From contig JANJGN010000055.1 of NCBI GenBank assembly GCA_026770705.1, positions 2,790,001 to 2,854,000 of the forward strand: DNA of 64,000 nt. Reading direction: 5' to 3'. The notes beneath the pieces are model-generated. The model saw nothing but the letters and a program-made list of their open reading frames with translations. It was not told where the DNA came from and searched no databases. The number at the start of each line of letters is the position of its first letter. Position 1 is the first letter of the stretch. This document shows, piece by piece, positions 1 through 14,405 of this stretch. Source of the stretch: Isurus oxyrinchus (taxonomy: Eukaryota). Position numbers and translations under genes: made by a program.

Positions 1-299
1 TTCCTGAAATATCAGTGTACAGATCTGCATTGATTTCAGAATGTCCCAGTCTCTACACTTTCTTTCTGCAATACCTGTGCAAAAAATGAACTAACATAAA
101 ACAAAAGGCAAGCAGCAGTTAACTTGAGGTTATGAATTATTCGGAAAATTCTGTCATTTTCCATTCTTCAGGTCCAGAAACACCTGGACAGAGGGAAACA
201 CCGGTATAATATCGGTCAAGTCAGGATAGGCATTTCACGCACAAGTTCAAAGTGTTCTGAACTTTATTCAAAACATTTTAAGTTGTTCACATTGAGAAG

Positions 300-850
300 C
301 AAGGAACCATTCCTTCTTTGGGAGATTGTCACATAGAATATGTGAGGCTGAATGCAGTTGCAACAATACTCAAGAGATTTGAAGTCATCCTGTATCAGGA
401 AACTACGTCATCTGCACTGGGGCAACAAGGCCACACGCCGTCCAGCTGAACCCACGGTGAATATTCAGTCCCTCCACCACTGGCACACAGTGACAGCAGG
501 GTGTTCCATGTATAAGATGCAATGCAGCAACTTGTTAAGGCCCCTTCGACAGCATCTTCCAGACAGACGACCTCCATCACCAAGGAGGGCAATCATAGTA
601 CACGCATGGGAAAACCAGGATCTTCACGTTTCCCTCCAGCTGCACACTATACTTAGTTGGAACAGAAACCCATTCCTTCAATTTGGTTGAGTCAAAAACC
701 TGGAAGTCTCTCTTGACATCACAAATGATGTGCATATGAGCAGCAGTGTTTCAATCAGCTGACTCACTACCATCTTATTAAGGGCAACTAAAGAAGGATA
801 ATAAATGATGACCTGACCAGCAGCAGTCAAATGCAAGCACGCATTAAAAA
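300..850 (+). mobile_element. Second LINE family 3' end
   Basis: NIQSLHHWHTVTAGCSMYKMQCS, with a tail shared with 10560-10870, 46145-46510 and 55200-55720. Confidence 0.7.
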
Positions 851-1402
851 AAATGTCAAGACATTCGAAACTCATGGCAACCATCCCCTGACATCCCAGT
901 CTCGATTGAATGCAAGATATAGTGACCTCAAGCTGTTAACCTATACACTGAAAGATACGCAAAGGTTACCCTCTGCTTCAGTGAAATTAATGTTGAGAAC
1001 AGTTTCCAGGTGTAGTGGAAGCGAAGAACAAAATACATTGATATAAATTGTGGTTGAATGAGCAGCATTTAATGTATTGATTATTTGCAATTTATTGCTT
1101 CCGAAATCCCGTGAGACTTCCGTGCAATGAACTCCATATCCCTCTTTGTGAAAGTGTGGGCTGCTAATCAAAATCATGGGAAGATAAAATGGGGTCCCTT
1201 TCAGCATCACTTCAAGAATAATATGAATAAGCACATTCTTGGTCTTCTGAATCTAGGGCAATATGTCAAATGATTTCTTAGGTAAGAACCTCCAGAGGTA
1301 ACTTGGCTTTTCTCCGGCATCTTTATATTGGCACATAAGACTCAAATTTACTTTTGTACTCGCTTGGCTGGATTTCTACCCATCTGTTGACAAAGTGGAT
1401 AG

Positions 1403-1476
1403 AGGTGTGGTTAAGGTGTTGAACTCTGCATTTCTTGTTTATTAGGTAGGCGCTTTGCCACATTGCCAAACAGCAG
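1403..1476 (-). pseudogene. tRNA-Thr(AGT)-derived pseudogene
   Basis: Degenerate reverse complement of vertebrate tRNA-Thr(AGT) (…TTCTTGTTTATTAGGTAGGCGCTTT…), with the same downstream flank as other copies. Confidence 0.5.
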
Positions 1477-2701
1477 TTGAATTTTTTAGCATAAAGTGCT
1501 GAATTGAATCCAACTATGGTACTGCAAACATCATTGTTCATCTGTTATGAAGCTGTATAACAGCTCGAATTGAGCACATTCGCTTCCACGAGTGTCTGAG
1601 CCCCAACATGACTCCTCCTCAGCAGTCTAGGACTGATGGTTTATTTCCAAATTTAGAGGAATCAGAGGTGATCTAACTGAAGTGTATAACATTCCAAGCG
1701 CCATGACAGGGCATATTTTGAAAATATGTTTCCTAAGGCTCGGGATTCTAACAATGGTGGTCAGGGTCTCAGAAGGAGGCGTCAGCCACTATCCGCAAGA
1801 TCAGGAAAAATGTCTTCATTCAAAGGTTTGTGAAACGTTTGAATTGCTACACAGGGGAGCTGTAGATGACAGAAGCTTAAGACAGACATCGATATCTCAC
1901 GGGGATCTATGGAAGTCGTGAAGATTTGAGGATATTTCAGGAAGGTGCAACAGAGGCAGATCAACCAGGAAATTCTTGAACGTTTGAGAAGCCGTGAAGG
2001 CCAGTAAATGATACACCTGCTCCTATTTCTTGTGTTCTTATAGACAATACGTAGAGAAACAGCCAAGATTATACTGACCTGGGACTGGAAGCAGTACAAG
2101 TTCATCAGTAGGATTCTGGCATTTAGCGGGTTATACTCAGTACCATTTCCATACTCATAGAATCATAAAATGGTTACAGCGCAGAAGGATGACATTCGGG
2201 CCATCGTGTCTGTGCTGGCACTATGGAGGACAGTTCCGCGCTGCTACTCCCCAATCTTCCTCCCGGTCCCCTGCGCATTCTTTATTTTCAAGCCTTCTGC
2301 AACGTACTAGCCTCTTTAGTGTAGATGAATGAAGGGTGTCATGATCGAGTTTCCCACCCTGCTAAAATGAATTGTTAGATGGAACATTGAGAAATGGTTT
2401 CTCCGTTGACAAGAATGGCTTTGAAATGCAATATGTTTTTGCCACTGATCCACAACGATGGTGTCTAGGGCAAGCAAGAGAAACGTCAGGAAACACCTTT
2501 GATACTAAGGCTTGCTGGAAATCATGACATCATTCTTAAAAAGGAACGAGACTGCAACAATTCAGAGATAATGTGCTTTTTATGTTTTGCTAATTAGTGA
2601 AGTGTCTCTTTCGTTTGCGCTCATTGAAGGACTGAGAACATATTGCTCGTTTTCTCCTTCCTGTCGTTTCACAGGGAACAGACACTTTGACCCAAGGGCA
2701 A

Positions 2702-2774
2702 TTTTTAGTGAGTGACTCGAACTTTGGGTCCTCATTTTGAAATTTTGTTTCTCCATCAATTGAGCTGTTGAAGC
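2702..2774 (-). pseudogene. tRNA-Lys(TTT)-derived pseudogene
   Basis: GACTCGAACTTTGGGTCCTCA...ATTGAGCT, a degenerate reverse complement of tRNA-Lys, at the same module position as other copies. Confidence 0.45.
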
Positions 2775-3121
2775 TCGTTTCAATAGCTTTCCCATACCTG
2801 CTTTCACTAAATGACAATAGGCATCAGGTTCCTTTTTGAGCATTTCTTTATTTAGTAATTAACACTCTTTCATGCATTTCCCTCACAGAGAGACCGGAGC
2901 CTCCCTTTGGCTTCATTTCACAAAGCTTCTCATTTGCACAAACCACTCACTCCTTACCAGTGGCGTGGAATGTGACAACTTCCCTTACCTAGTTATCAGC
3001 ACTGGGTCTTCAAAGACTCAAGTGGCAACTGTCTGGTTTCTTTATACTGCATCATGATGCTCAAAACTAGCTCGTGACTTTATTGGCATGATTCAAAACC
3101 ATGCATTTACTAGACAGGCGA

Positions 3122-3193
3122 AGGCACAGCCGAGATTTGAATCCAGAATTTCCTGTCTATTACTCAGGCAATTCACCCAATAAACCATAGCAC
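3122..3193 (-). pseudogene. tRNA-Thr(AGT)-derived pseudogene
   Basis: AGGCACAGCCGAGATTTGAATCCAGAATTTCCTGTCT… matches the tRNA-Thr reverse complement with many substitutions. Confidence 0.6.
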
Positions 3194-4473
3194 TAACTTG
3201 CATCTACTTCTTGCAAAGTAAGTCTTAGAATTGGATCCTACGATTTTGCTGCACCTCTTATGGTGTTCAGCTCTTGTTCAGCTCTTATGGTGCTCCATGG
3301 CAGTGCGAATTGAAAACTTTCATCTACACTGGACCTTCAAGGCTTTGAGAATTGCGTTTATTTCGAAGAATTATTAAGTTTCAGAAACTCGAGCGGGACG
3401 ATACCAAGGGAAAGAGATTAGTTTCAGGAATTAGGAAATGATTTTGCATGGTGTTGGTTGATGGAATGCGTGATAAAATCCCTTTGAAATTAGGAAAGCT
3501 CATTTGGAGAAATGTTCTGATTCTGTGAAGCACATTGCGTAGGGGTGTAAATAGATTTGCCAGCACAAGGTCTTCACTAAAAAACTCCACCATCTAATCC
3601 TCACCACTCTTTCCTCAGTATTCTGCTATGAAATACATCAGTCTATACCTGCCTTTCCGCTTAGATATCACCAGCAACAATTCAAAGTGCTTCCTTACAG
3701 TTACCTTAAAATGTGATGCTGACGTGACCATCTAGTTATATTAACACATAAATCCATGTGCTTTGTTCGGACCTTGTTAGGTTGATTTAACCTTCATAAT
3801 AGCTGCTTCTATGTTGTCTCTGATCCTTATAGCTAGCTTGGACTCGTCATGTTTCTTTCTTTATTCCTTCATGTTAAATTCGGGCGGTTGCAGTGCTGCC
3901 ATTCACAACTTCATCTGGACACAACTGCTATTTTTTTATGGTAACAATTACAAACCTCTTTTAATATTTTAACTATGAAAACTTTAGTCTCCTGCCCTCC
4001 TCCCTCAGGGACCTTCGCTTTTGTGCTTCCTGTCCCCTCCCGCACGCCAATGATTTAAAAATTATTATACATATATATGAGGAAAAGTCATGCATCTGAA
4101 CCGTTCAATTTTTGCTTCTTGAACCTGTGAGAATATACATCATTTTCCGCCCTTTTTTTCTGATTTCCAGCATCCCCGCTTTTCCAACTGAATGGTGATA
4201 TAGTCTTATTTAGTAAGGTCTTAAAAATAACTAATTCACAGTGTGATAAGAAAATCTCGACTGTGGAACTCTTTCCAAGGCTGAGGTAAGTTCGAAGATC
4301 TGCAGGTCTCCATCTGAACGCTAAGATTCTGTGATTTCCGAGTTTCATTTTTGCATGGACTGGAAGATTAGAAAACGGCTCATGGCATCATGATGAAGAA
4401 AGAATTATTCAGTGGAACTGCCTGAAGTTTTGTAACCATCATTTAATAAATGTATTAAGGTTATATTTGTCCA

Positions 4474-4556
4474 GCTGTGCTCACAGAATGGCTAAGGTTT
4501 TGTACATGAGTGTTCTACATCAGGTTCGATGTGAACGTAAACACACTGCTCAGAGC
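4474..4556 (+). pseudogene. tRNA-Ser-derived pseudogene
   Basis: GCTGTG…GAATGGCTAAGG…ACTGCTCAGAGC; paralog of 52043-52125. Confidence 0.4.
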
Positions 4557-5819
4557 CTCCATGATTGAAATGATTATCTCCTTCCATCATCTTCCTGACT
4601 TGAAAATGTGGTAATATACATTTAAATCTAATCCATTGATGCAAAGCTTGGAAACTATAATATGTATCCTGTTAAATTTGATCACGTAGATTTGTTGGAA
4701 TGCCACCCCCTTCCTCCAAACGCCCTCTATCCTTTCCTCTGAAGGTCACTACTCTGTTTCCAACTATTTCTTATCGAAGGCCTCTCATTGTTCAATTATT
4801 GTTTTACTTGCCAATGTAAGTCGGCTGTCTCCCTTTTAATTTCCTTGAACTTCAGTATCCTCTGTGGCGATATTTTACCCTTGAGATTCCCTTATATTTT
4901 TCCTAAATCGTGCTTCTTAAACTTGGCCATATTTGGATTTCTTCTCCTGAAGCACGGTGTACATCACCCACCAACCCTCACCACTGCCTTACCCCATATT
5001 CATATTAGACTTGCCTTACGTCATTTGTGAAATAGCCAAAGCATTGTTTCATTCTCATTGGGCCGGAATCACAATTGTCAAGGAGCTGCTCATGGAAACT
5101 TTTCAGTAAATTCAGGAAAGATAGGGTGGGAAATGTAACATAGGCTCTGTGGCAATATTCGTCAAGTAAGCTGTCACAGCATTGAAGATTGATAATGCAA
5201 TTGAGGACTATAATATATGTATATCGCATTACTGGGTATATATTACACACAAAGAAACAATAAGAAGAATTTAGGGGATCAGGCCTGCAAGCAGTTTTCA
5301 GAAAGTTGCAGGAACTACAGATTAGATGCGATGGTAGACTCAATTAATCCAGTTTTAGACTAGGATTGGAACAGTGCAAAGAGAAAAGAGGGAAATTGAG
5401 TCTTGAAATGCATACAAGAAGATAATAGTTGATCACTGTGCTTCTACCCCAAAATGGGTACTGAAAAAATGTCAGCAGAAGCTAAATATTAGAGGTAATT
5501 AAAAAGGTTCAAATGTTCATAAGCACAGGGAGGTGCTCGTACGAGTTGATATGTCACTTCATCTGGATGGCTTACATTCAAGGAATTTGGGGTAGAGATA
5601 GGGGAAGGTCTTTAGAATATAATACATGAGAAACAAGAGCAGGAGTAGGCCGCTCAACCCCTAGAGTCTGCTTTGTTATTCATTACGATCATGGCAGATC
5701 TGGTTGAGTTTCGAATTCCACAATGTCAGCGACCTCCGATAACCTTTGACTCCCTTGCCAAACAAAGGGGAATAATCCAGAGATGCATAATAATTCCACG
5801 GCAGATGGACGAATTTTAA

Positions 5820-7550
5820 TGCAATAAAAATCTAGAAGTGAAAGTCTAATGATGACCGTACAGCCATTGTCGATTGTTGTAAAAACTTCCTTGGTTCATT
5901 AATAACCTTCAGGGAAAAAAAATCTGCCATCTGTAACTGGCCTGGCTTTCATGTGACTCCAGATCCACAACAAATTGGTTGACTCTTAATTGCCCTCTGA
6001 AATGGCCTAACAAGTTACTCAGTTAAATCAAACTGCTACAATGTCACAGAAAAAGGAATAAATCCAGATGGGTCACCCGTAATCAACCTAGTCACTGGAA
6101 AGGATAACAGCAATCTCAGCCCTGTTGGCCCTGCAAGATCGTCCTTACTAACACCTGGGACATATAGCCAAAATTGAGAGAGCTGTCTCACAGACAAGTC
6201 AAGCAGGATTCATCTCTTACAGATAATGTCCCAGAAAGCACTACCATCATGTCCTTTCCCACTGGCAGGACAGGCCCAGCAGAGGTGGCTGCATAGTGCT
6301 ATACGGTCGGGAGGGAGTCCTCAAAATTGACTCCGGACCCCATGAAGTCTCAGGGCTTCAGGTCTCACCGGAACAAGGAAAGATCCTGCTGATTACCATG
6401 TACCGCCCTCCTTTCAGCTGACGAATCAGTATTCCTCCATTTGAACAACGCTTGCAGGGATCATTGAGGGTGTAAAGGCCGAAGATTTTATTTTGAGTGG
6501 GGTCTTCAATATCCGTCAACAAGAATGCCTCAGTAGCGACACCACAGACCGACCCGTCAACTTTCAAATGACAATGCTGCTCCACTGGGTGTGCAGCAGT
6601 TGGTGAGGCAACCAGCAAGAGTGAAAAATATACTTGACATCACCCTCGCCACAGGGTGTATCTCTGATTGACAGTGTTGGTAAGAGTGACCACCACACAG
6701 GCATTGTGATGACAAAGTTCCATGTTCACGTTGAAAATGCCGTCCATTGTGCTGTGTGGTACGGCCAGCTTGCTAAATTGGATAGGTTTTGAACAGATGA
6801 AGCAACTCAAGACGGGACATCCATGATGCGCTGTGGGCCACCAGGAGCAGAATTAGCTACAGCAGCCCCCAGTCTAACATTATCACCAAGTCAGGGGATC
6901 AACCTTGATTCAATGAAAAGTGCAGGAGGGCATGCCAGGAGCGACACGAGGCATACCTAAAATGAGATGTTAACCTAGTGAAGCTACAGGACACAAATAG
7001 CATAAGTAGCAATTGATAGACAGATCAACACGATTCCACAACCAATGGATCAGAAGTAAGCTCTGCAGGTCTGCCACATCCAGCTGTAAATGAAGGTGGA
7101 CAATTGGACAACTCACCAGAGGAGGGGATCTACAAATATCTGCATCCTCAGTGATGGGGGAGACCAGCACCTCAGTGAAAAATATAAGCCGAAACATTTG
7201 CTACAATCTTCAGCCAGAAGTGCCGAGTGGATGCTCCTCTCGGCGTCCTCCGGAGGTCCCCAACATCACACTTTCCAGTCTTTATCCAATTCAATTCACC
7301 CCACGTGATAGCAAGAAACGACTGAAGAAATTGGATGCTGCAAAGGCTTCGGGCCCTGACGATATTCTGACACAGTACTGAAAACAGTACTGAACGCAGC
7401 CGTGTCCCTATCCGAGTTGTTCCAGTGCAGCTGAAAAACTGGCGTCAGCCAAGAAATTTGGATAATTTTCCAGATATGTCCCGTACACAAAAAGAAAGAC
7501 AAATCAACCCTGGCAGTTACTGCCCCATAAGTCTATTCTCGATCATTAGG
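5820..7550 (+). mobile_element. Second LINE family (CR1/L2 group): APE endonuclease and RT start
   Basis: LLITMYRPP, LDAAKASGPDDI, ICPVHKKKDKS; many stops. Confidence 0.75.
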
Positions 7551-7959
7551 CCACTGGCTTGTTGATAATGTTTCATGGAGTAACATGGCTGTCTTTGAGT
7601 GTGATTGAACACAATTCAACTGATGATAATGGTCCACAGTTACCCGCAGATTTTTGAGCTGCTAAATCTGTCCTGACTCTATATCACTTAGTATGGTGGA
7701 AACATCAAACATGAGAATGGAGACCGTCCTCAGAGTGAAAATACATTATTTTCAATTCTAATTATGTCAATTAAATTGGATTTTGGGTAAAATATATAAC
7801 AGACAACTCAGGTGCAAGACAGGATGACTATGATTCCAAAATAAATTAAATATTATTGTAAATCAACTTGCACAACCTCAACATATTCCAAGGTTTTTTG
7901 CAGGCAATTAATTACTTCTGAAGTGCACTCAAATTCTGGGAATACCGAAGCCATTGTTT

Positions 7960-9517
7960 TACTTTTCCGACTCTGAACTCCATTCCCGAGCTACCGACTC
8001 CATGCCTCCCACTCTCTGTTAACAATCAAAGGTTAAGCTATTCTGTTCACAACAATGGTGTCACATTTGTTCCCAAGATGAACTCACATTCGTACCATCA
8101 CTAAGATGACTTATTTCCACGTACACCACCCAATTTCAAACCTTTCTCGGCTTATCCACTTCTTAATCACCCACCCGTGTTTTCATTACCTCTAAGATCC
8201 ATTATTCCAAACTATACCTGGTTGGCCGCTCATATTCTACCTCCCGTGTACTTTAGATCATCCAAAATGCTGCTGTCGGGAGCTTAACATGCAGGAACTC
8301 TCATTCCCTTATCAGAGCAGTTCTTGATGATCTGCATTGACTACTGGTCAATTATGAATCTTGCTTTTATATCGCTTCATGATCTTGACCCTTCTAATTT
8401 CTGAAATCACCTGCAAGCCCAGAACCCTTTGGGGTATTCGCACTCCTCTGATTATGGCCTTGTATGCATTTCTACTTCAGTTGCTTGGGCCCCAATCTCT
8501 GGAATTCGTTTATTACACCTCTCCGCCTTTCTATTTTGTTTTTCCCCTTTAAGGCACTCCTAAAAGCATGCCTCGTTGGCCACGTTTCTCGTCATCGGAC
8601 CTAATATCTCTATCATTAAGAGATTTATATCTATAATGTTAATATTAAAAAAATATATAGACTTTAGTGTCATGTCTATGTGTGTCTGCAGGCCTTAATT
8701 GAATTAAAGCAAGCTAGCCTGGGGGCTTGCTGTGTATTAGTTTCGAGATGTTAATCAGGTAAACAATAAGGAAGTTAAAGATGTTAAGCACATTTTTATT
8801 TGTTGAATAACACATTCTCAAGAGTGGGAGTAAAATGTTGCACCGACCTGGGAGATGAAAAACGATGTGTTTGTATTACTGATACGATTAATGGGATGAA
8901 AATGTTATTGTTGGAAGATTTAACTTTCAAAACCTAGTAATACAATATGAAATGTGCGTTCACAGGGAAAACAGAAAGCAGAAAGGAATCTGCGTGTGTC
9001 AGGCAGAGTCATTTAAGTTCTAACCACCTTATAGGCCCGCAACCGTGTCTGCAAGGAATCTCATTATGAATTCTTAAGGTCAAATGCGCTTTTCCGGGGG
9101 TCTCTTAAATCCTACGAGTTTTATTGTTGCCTTAACAGGGGTGTAACAGAGAGTTCGATTAACTGACATGCTTTTGTATTTATTATAGTAATAACTTTGC
9201 AGACATATATATGTGCTTACAATTTTTCTTGTATCAATAAATGTTTACTTTAATTTCACAGTAACCTCTTGAGGATCTGTCGGCTTATTTCTACTGAATG
9301 CAAAGCCTGTATCTCGAAACTAGAAAGTGCTAAAATAGATTATGACAGTTATTTTAAGTTTCCATTTTGGGATTTGAACAACGCAGCTTTTACCGTCGAC
9401 TGTGTCATAATAACTTACTTAAATGCATCATAGTTTGCTTTACAATGCTTCTGTGAAACGTCTTGGCACGTTTCATAATATTAACGGTTATATAATTATA
9501 AATTGTTGTTGTTGTTG
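7960..9517 (+). mobile_element. L2 LINE 3' end, split by an insertion
   Basis: L2-type C-terminal region to about 8605, resuming at about 9415 with AATGCTTCTGTGAAACGTCTTGG…(TTG)n tail. Confidence 0.6.
8668..9413. mobile_element. Probable solo LTR
   Basis: About 745-bp AT-rich insert starting TGTCATG and ending near CATAATAAC, with an internal AATAAA; interrupts the L2. Target-site duplication not resolved. Confidence 0.4.
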
Positions 9518-9519
9518 AA

Positions 9520-9800
9520 TCATTTCTGTAAGTTAGGAAGCAAAGCAGCCAACTTGAGAAGAGAAACCTCCTGAAAACATCAATTTTTCAAAATTCGAAC
9601 ATTATATTGAAGCTGTTGATGGATAAATATTGATGAGGACACCAAAAGAACTCCTCTGCTCGTCTTTGAAGTAGTATCATGGATCGATCTGCGTCCATCT
9701 GAAAGAACAGACGGGAGAGCATTACCTAACCAGATGTATCCCGAAAGCCGGAGACCTGAGATTCACTTCGACACTCGTGATGCCTCATTCAGTGCTTTCC
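9520..9800 (-). mobile_element. DeuSINE (SacSINE1-like) fragment
   Basis: AACTCCTCTGCTCGTCTTTGAAGTAGTATCATGG…CGTCCATCTGAAAGAACAGACGGG resembles the remembered Deu domain in reverse. Confidence 0.5.
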
Positions 9801-10559
9801 ATTTCAGTACTTCTGTCAACAAATGACATCTCCTGGCCCGAGCAATATGTTTTCCTTTCCCGCCCACGGTCACTCTCATAGCCCAAAAGCCCCAATTGTG
9901 CACCTGCCACCACCCCCATGACCCCCACTCCATCTTTTGTCGTCATGCTATTCTTCCGATGGTTTGTCTTTTGGAAGCTTAGCATTTCAAGGAATAACAT
10001 TTGTTACCCATATAAAAATTGGAAAGCACATTTCTGCAAGAAAGTGCGCAGTGTTCACTCGCAACAGTTTAAATGCAAATCCACATTTTTTTGTGAAGGT
10101 GCCAACATCCGATTTTATCTGCATTACTTTCGATCAGTTATTATGGAGATTTCAGAGTAAATGATACAAGGTGCAAGCGATCGACCGCCCGCTGTATTGA
10201 GTACTCTGTAGGTGGAGATAATGTGCTCAGCATGTGTACATTTGCAACATCCTGGAGTGCTAGTATTATTGTTTAGTTTTCAGAGAAATTGTGACATATT
10301 TAGTTGGGGAAATTAAGTTGTTTGTTACTGGATTGCAGCTGGTCGCAAATTGAATACTGTTCTCTAATAAGTGCATGACTGCAACACAGAGTTAAGTTGA
10401 TTTTCTTTTATTTCCTGATCTTACATTCAGTCAGTGCATCAGTTCTCTCAGCTCCCATCTCCGTTAATGAGGTGATTGACAATATGTATCTAAGCTAGCG
10501 AGGCATGCAGGTCTGCATGAAATTACCGGAGTCAATGCTGGGCTTCTTGGCAGTTTATA

Positions 10560-10870
10560 CATATTGGCAATAATGAAACAGCAAGAAGTAGTTTTAGCAA
10601 CTGCACGTGTTGATCCACTTGAGATTATAGATGCCGCTTGGCTCCACCCTTACATATCTAAGCACTGCGGAATTATCCAACCAATTGCTGCTCTGCCTTC
10701 CTCTATGACGTTCATTTTGCTGTCCTACCCAGAAATTGAACCTTCGCTTTAAATTGTACCGACACCACATGGACTGCAGCGGTTCCAGAAGGCAGCTCAT
10801 CACATTTTTTCTAAGGGAAATTAGGGATGGGGAATAAATGCTGGCCGAGCCAGGAAATCTTACATTCCCA
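10560..10870 (+). mobile_element. Second LINE family 3' end
   Basis: TAGGGATGGGGAATAAATGCTGGCC…CCCATGAATGAA tail. Confidence 0.65.
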
Positions 10871-11084
10871 TGAATGAACTCAAAATACATTTTCTCTCAT
10901 CGACAACCCCTCATTCCCGGCAGTAGTCAATGATCTGGATTTAGTTAACATATGTTCTGACATATTTGCGATCAGAATCCATGCCTCTTGAATAGAAAAT
11001 AATATAAAGTAATCGAAATGCTTTTTGAAAAATGAAATTTAACGGAATATTTTGATGGGGTAGATAGAAATCAGGAATTAAATA

Positions 11085-11460
11085 TGCTGAAGTAATCCAG
11101 GAATAAGGAAACATAACCTTAAAATTGTAACCAGGCCGTTCATCCCGGAGGTGTAATGATACATCAGCTGGAGCAGGGGGGTGCTCTGGGGTGGTAGGTG
11201 GTAACCAGCCAGATAATTCCTTCCGCTTGTTTACCCTGATGCCATCAGACTTCGCCGGGTCCAGAATCGATGTGAACGACTGCCAGGGCAACTCTCTCTC
11301 GACTGTAAACCACTGCGCCGCCACTTCTGGTGACATAGTCCTGCCAGTGAGTCAGGACATACCAAAGGATAGTGATGGTGGCGTCTGGGACATTGCCTAT
11401 CAGGTATGATTCGGTGAGGATGACGATTTCAGGCTGTTGCTTTACTGGACTGTGAGATTG
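11085..11460 (-). mobile_element. Second LINE family APE fragment
   Basis: Reverse-complement homology to about 6180-6520. Confidence 0.55.
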
Positions 11461-13889
11461 GATTAAATGTTAATTATTTATTCTGTTCCATCTGAGAACG
11501 TTAACTATACGAATATATCGCATGTAGTTTAGTGATTATTGGAAACCCGATTTCCAATTACACCGCCTAAACCTTCACGTTAAATCTTTGGACTTCCAAT
11601 AAAATAACCAACAGGTAAACTCTAAAAAATAAGTGTAAAATGTAAACATGCACTCAAGATCAGGATCCTGACATTTAAAAAAGAGTCAGTTGACCTCCTG
11701 ATCGAAACAGTTGCAGGGATGTTAAAATGTTCGGGATCGTATTTTCAGAAGGTTATGAAATAGCAGAACCATCCACCTCCATCCTGGTTGACTGCTTATT
11801 TCTCACACACACTGCAGTGTCACCAATTGTCCCGCCATAAAGGATCACCAGATTTAAAAGTTGTTCCAGAGCCATCAAAAGTTTCGATAATCAGAGTTAA
11901 ATTCTCTAGGTTATTAGTCTATAGAAAGTCATTTCATTTTACGAAAGCGGAATTCATTCTGTTATAAAACATGGAGGCAATTTAGGTCCTACATGTTGGG
12001 TCAAAATCTGGAAAATAAGGTATTATCCGGCAGTCTCACCTCCTGGCCAATGTTCCTACCGGTTGGAAGTAAAATCTGGTGAGGACATAAACAGCCCTTT
12101 TGGTATTGCGTGTTTTGCACTGACACTCAATGTTAAATGTTTCCTCCCTGAATATAGTATAACGAGCAAGGTATTTGCAAAATAAAGATTAGCATCTTCC
12201 CAGGCTGAAAGCACAATTCCCGAAGTTTAGAATTTCAATAAGTTATGTAGCTCGAAGCAGAATGCGTTTTAAGGACAGAGGCAAACGTTTGTGCAAAACT
12301 ACAAAAGTTGGAGATCAAGTGCGAAAGTGTAAGGATCCAACTTACATCCGAGAAAATAGAACAAACACATGGAATATTTTCCGAATGGTGTGAAACTAAG
12401 GGCCGTGGTGGGAATTAAGTGCCAGAGTGCACAACTTAATAAAATCTACTCCAACCACACAAAAGATGCTAAAAAGGAATAATCTAATGATGGTGACCAT
12501 TTATACTCTGGGCCTGCTTTAGCCTTCATACTCAAATTATTGGAAAATGAATCCAGGGAACTTTAAGCAGAGACTGAGAAACAGAGTTTTAGGGGCATTT
12601 CAGAGATGATAATGCAGGAGAATTCAGGGTGCGACTGGATAGGTATCAATGGAGTTATACAAGGCTTTTCTCTCAGCCATGTGACTGAGGGTAGTTACTG
12701 AGGGAGGCTGGTGTGGTGAATGAGGTCAAAGGCTGTGGAGAGGCCGATAAGTATCAGCACCATGGTCACAGTTATGGGCGATATTATTTTCATATCCCTT
12801 TCATAAAGGTTTTTTTCAGTGTTAGGACAGAAGCGTAAGCACAAATGATTTTCAACAAGGGAGATTTTGAAAAGAATGGCAACAGGAAAGAAATACTAGT
12901 GATGAAAGGGGAGACTGGAGATTGGACAGTTTGCAAGTAGAGAAGGTTTGTTGATAAGGAATGATGAAGGAACGTTTTGTGAGACTAGTACAGTAACTGA
13001 GGGGGTGATGCAGTCTATAGGAGCAGCTAACATGAGGCCTTGGAAGGGATGCTCAGGGATTTGGTGACATTACGGCCCAAGGCAAAGGAGCTGAGTGTCA
13101 TCCATAAGTCAACTGAAAGAGGATCTTCAGGGGAAAGAGGACAGAAACGCGATAATCATGGTTGGGCGATACTGGGACAAGGGTGTGGGGGTGAGTTGTG
13201 GCTTTTTAAAGCTTTGTTTTGGTAGTAGAGGAGAAGAAATGAGTGTATTCAAAGGCAGCAAAGCAATCTCCATGACCAAGGAGTGCTGCAGCTCCGTATA
13301 TATGTTGCTTAAGATGACAGTGCAAAAGCTAACAGTGAAAGGTTCTAGAAGACAGCTAGAATCTGAGATGAAAAGTTAGAGCTATTGTGGCATTGTGAGA
13401 TGATCTTGGAGGAGTGAACAGTGTTTCCAAATGAAAAGGACACGGCAGTGGCCATGTCTGGTGATTACAGACTCAACCAATTCCTGTAATAACGTTTCCA
13501 AGAAAATTCCTTTGGGTTAAACGGAGCACAGACTGAGCCATATGGAACTGGGACACAGTCAGGATTTTACTCTGGCCAAGCATATAAAAAGTAAGATGTT
13601 AAAGTGTAATTGACGAGTTCAGCTTGTCCGGTATTATCCTCACAAATAAAGGGCAGCATACTTTAAAGCTGTAAAATTGAATGTGTGTTGCAAGTGGCTT
13701 GCGAGGTAGATATGTTTCAGACAACAGTGAGGTTGAAAGGAACGGGCATAACAGAAGTGATCAGAAATGGTATTATCATTATTTAAAATAACGGGACCAG
13801 AGAGGCTGAGGCCCAAGGACTCACCCTCATGAACAGGCAAGAATCTCTTCCCATTGCTGTGCACAGATCAAAGGAAACATCCCCGATCT

Positions 13890-14129
13890 TTCACTTCATT
13901 GTGTGTCTGTGCGCATGTATATGTGTGTAGATGTGGTGCGTGTTTTTGTATTTGTGCATGTAGTGTGTATGTGTCTGTGTGTGCGCGCATGTGGTCACAG
14001 TCAGTACTGTTCCCTTGTTTGTTAATGTAACGTTCCGAAAACCACAGTCAAAATATTGCTGTAGCTAGACACAATTTTGTGTCAGCTCAAAGGAACCATA
14101 CCCAATCTTTTACTTCATTTTGTGTCTGT

Positions 14130-14170
<41 letters not shown>

Positions 14171-14400
14171 CGGTGTGTGTGTGTGGATATGGTGTTTGTG
14201 TGGTGTGTGTGTACGTGTGTACATGTGCATGTTTATGGGTATTTGTGTACGGTGTGTGTACTTGGTGCAAGGGCGTGTTTGTGTTTGTGTGTGTGTGTTG
14301 CCACATTTGGTGCATTTCCTTTTCTTGTTAATGTAACGTTCAGAAAACCGCAAAGTCAAAATATTGCCGGGACTTGATGCGATTTTGTGCCTTCATTTTA
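13890..14400. repeat. (GT)n-rich microsatellite inside a tandem duplication
   Basis: GT runs; flank TTGTTAATGTAACGTTC(C/A)GAAAACC…AAAATATTGC repeated at about 14020 and 14325. Confidence 0.85.
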
Positions 14401-14405
14401 TTAAA

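Noticed and set aside
14077-14377. VC/HT-repeat ORFs (also 44486-44844)
   Set aside because: Translations of (GT)n microsatellites.
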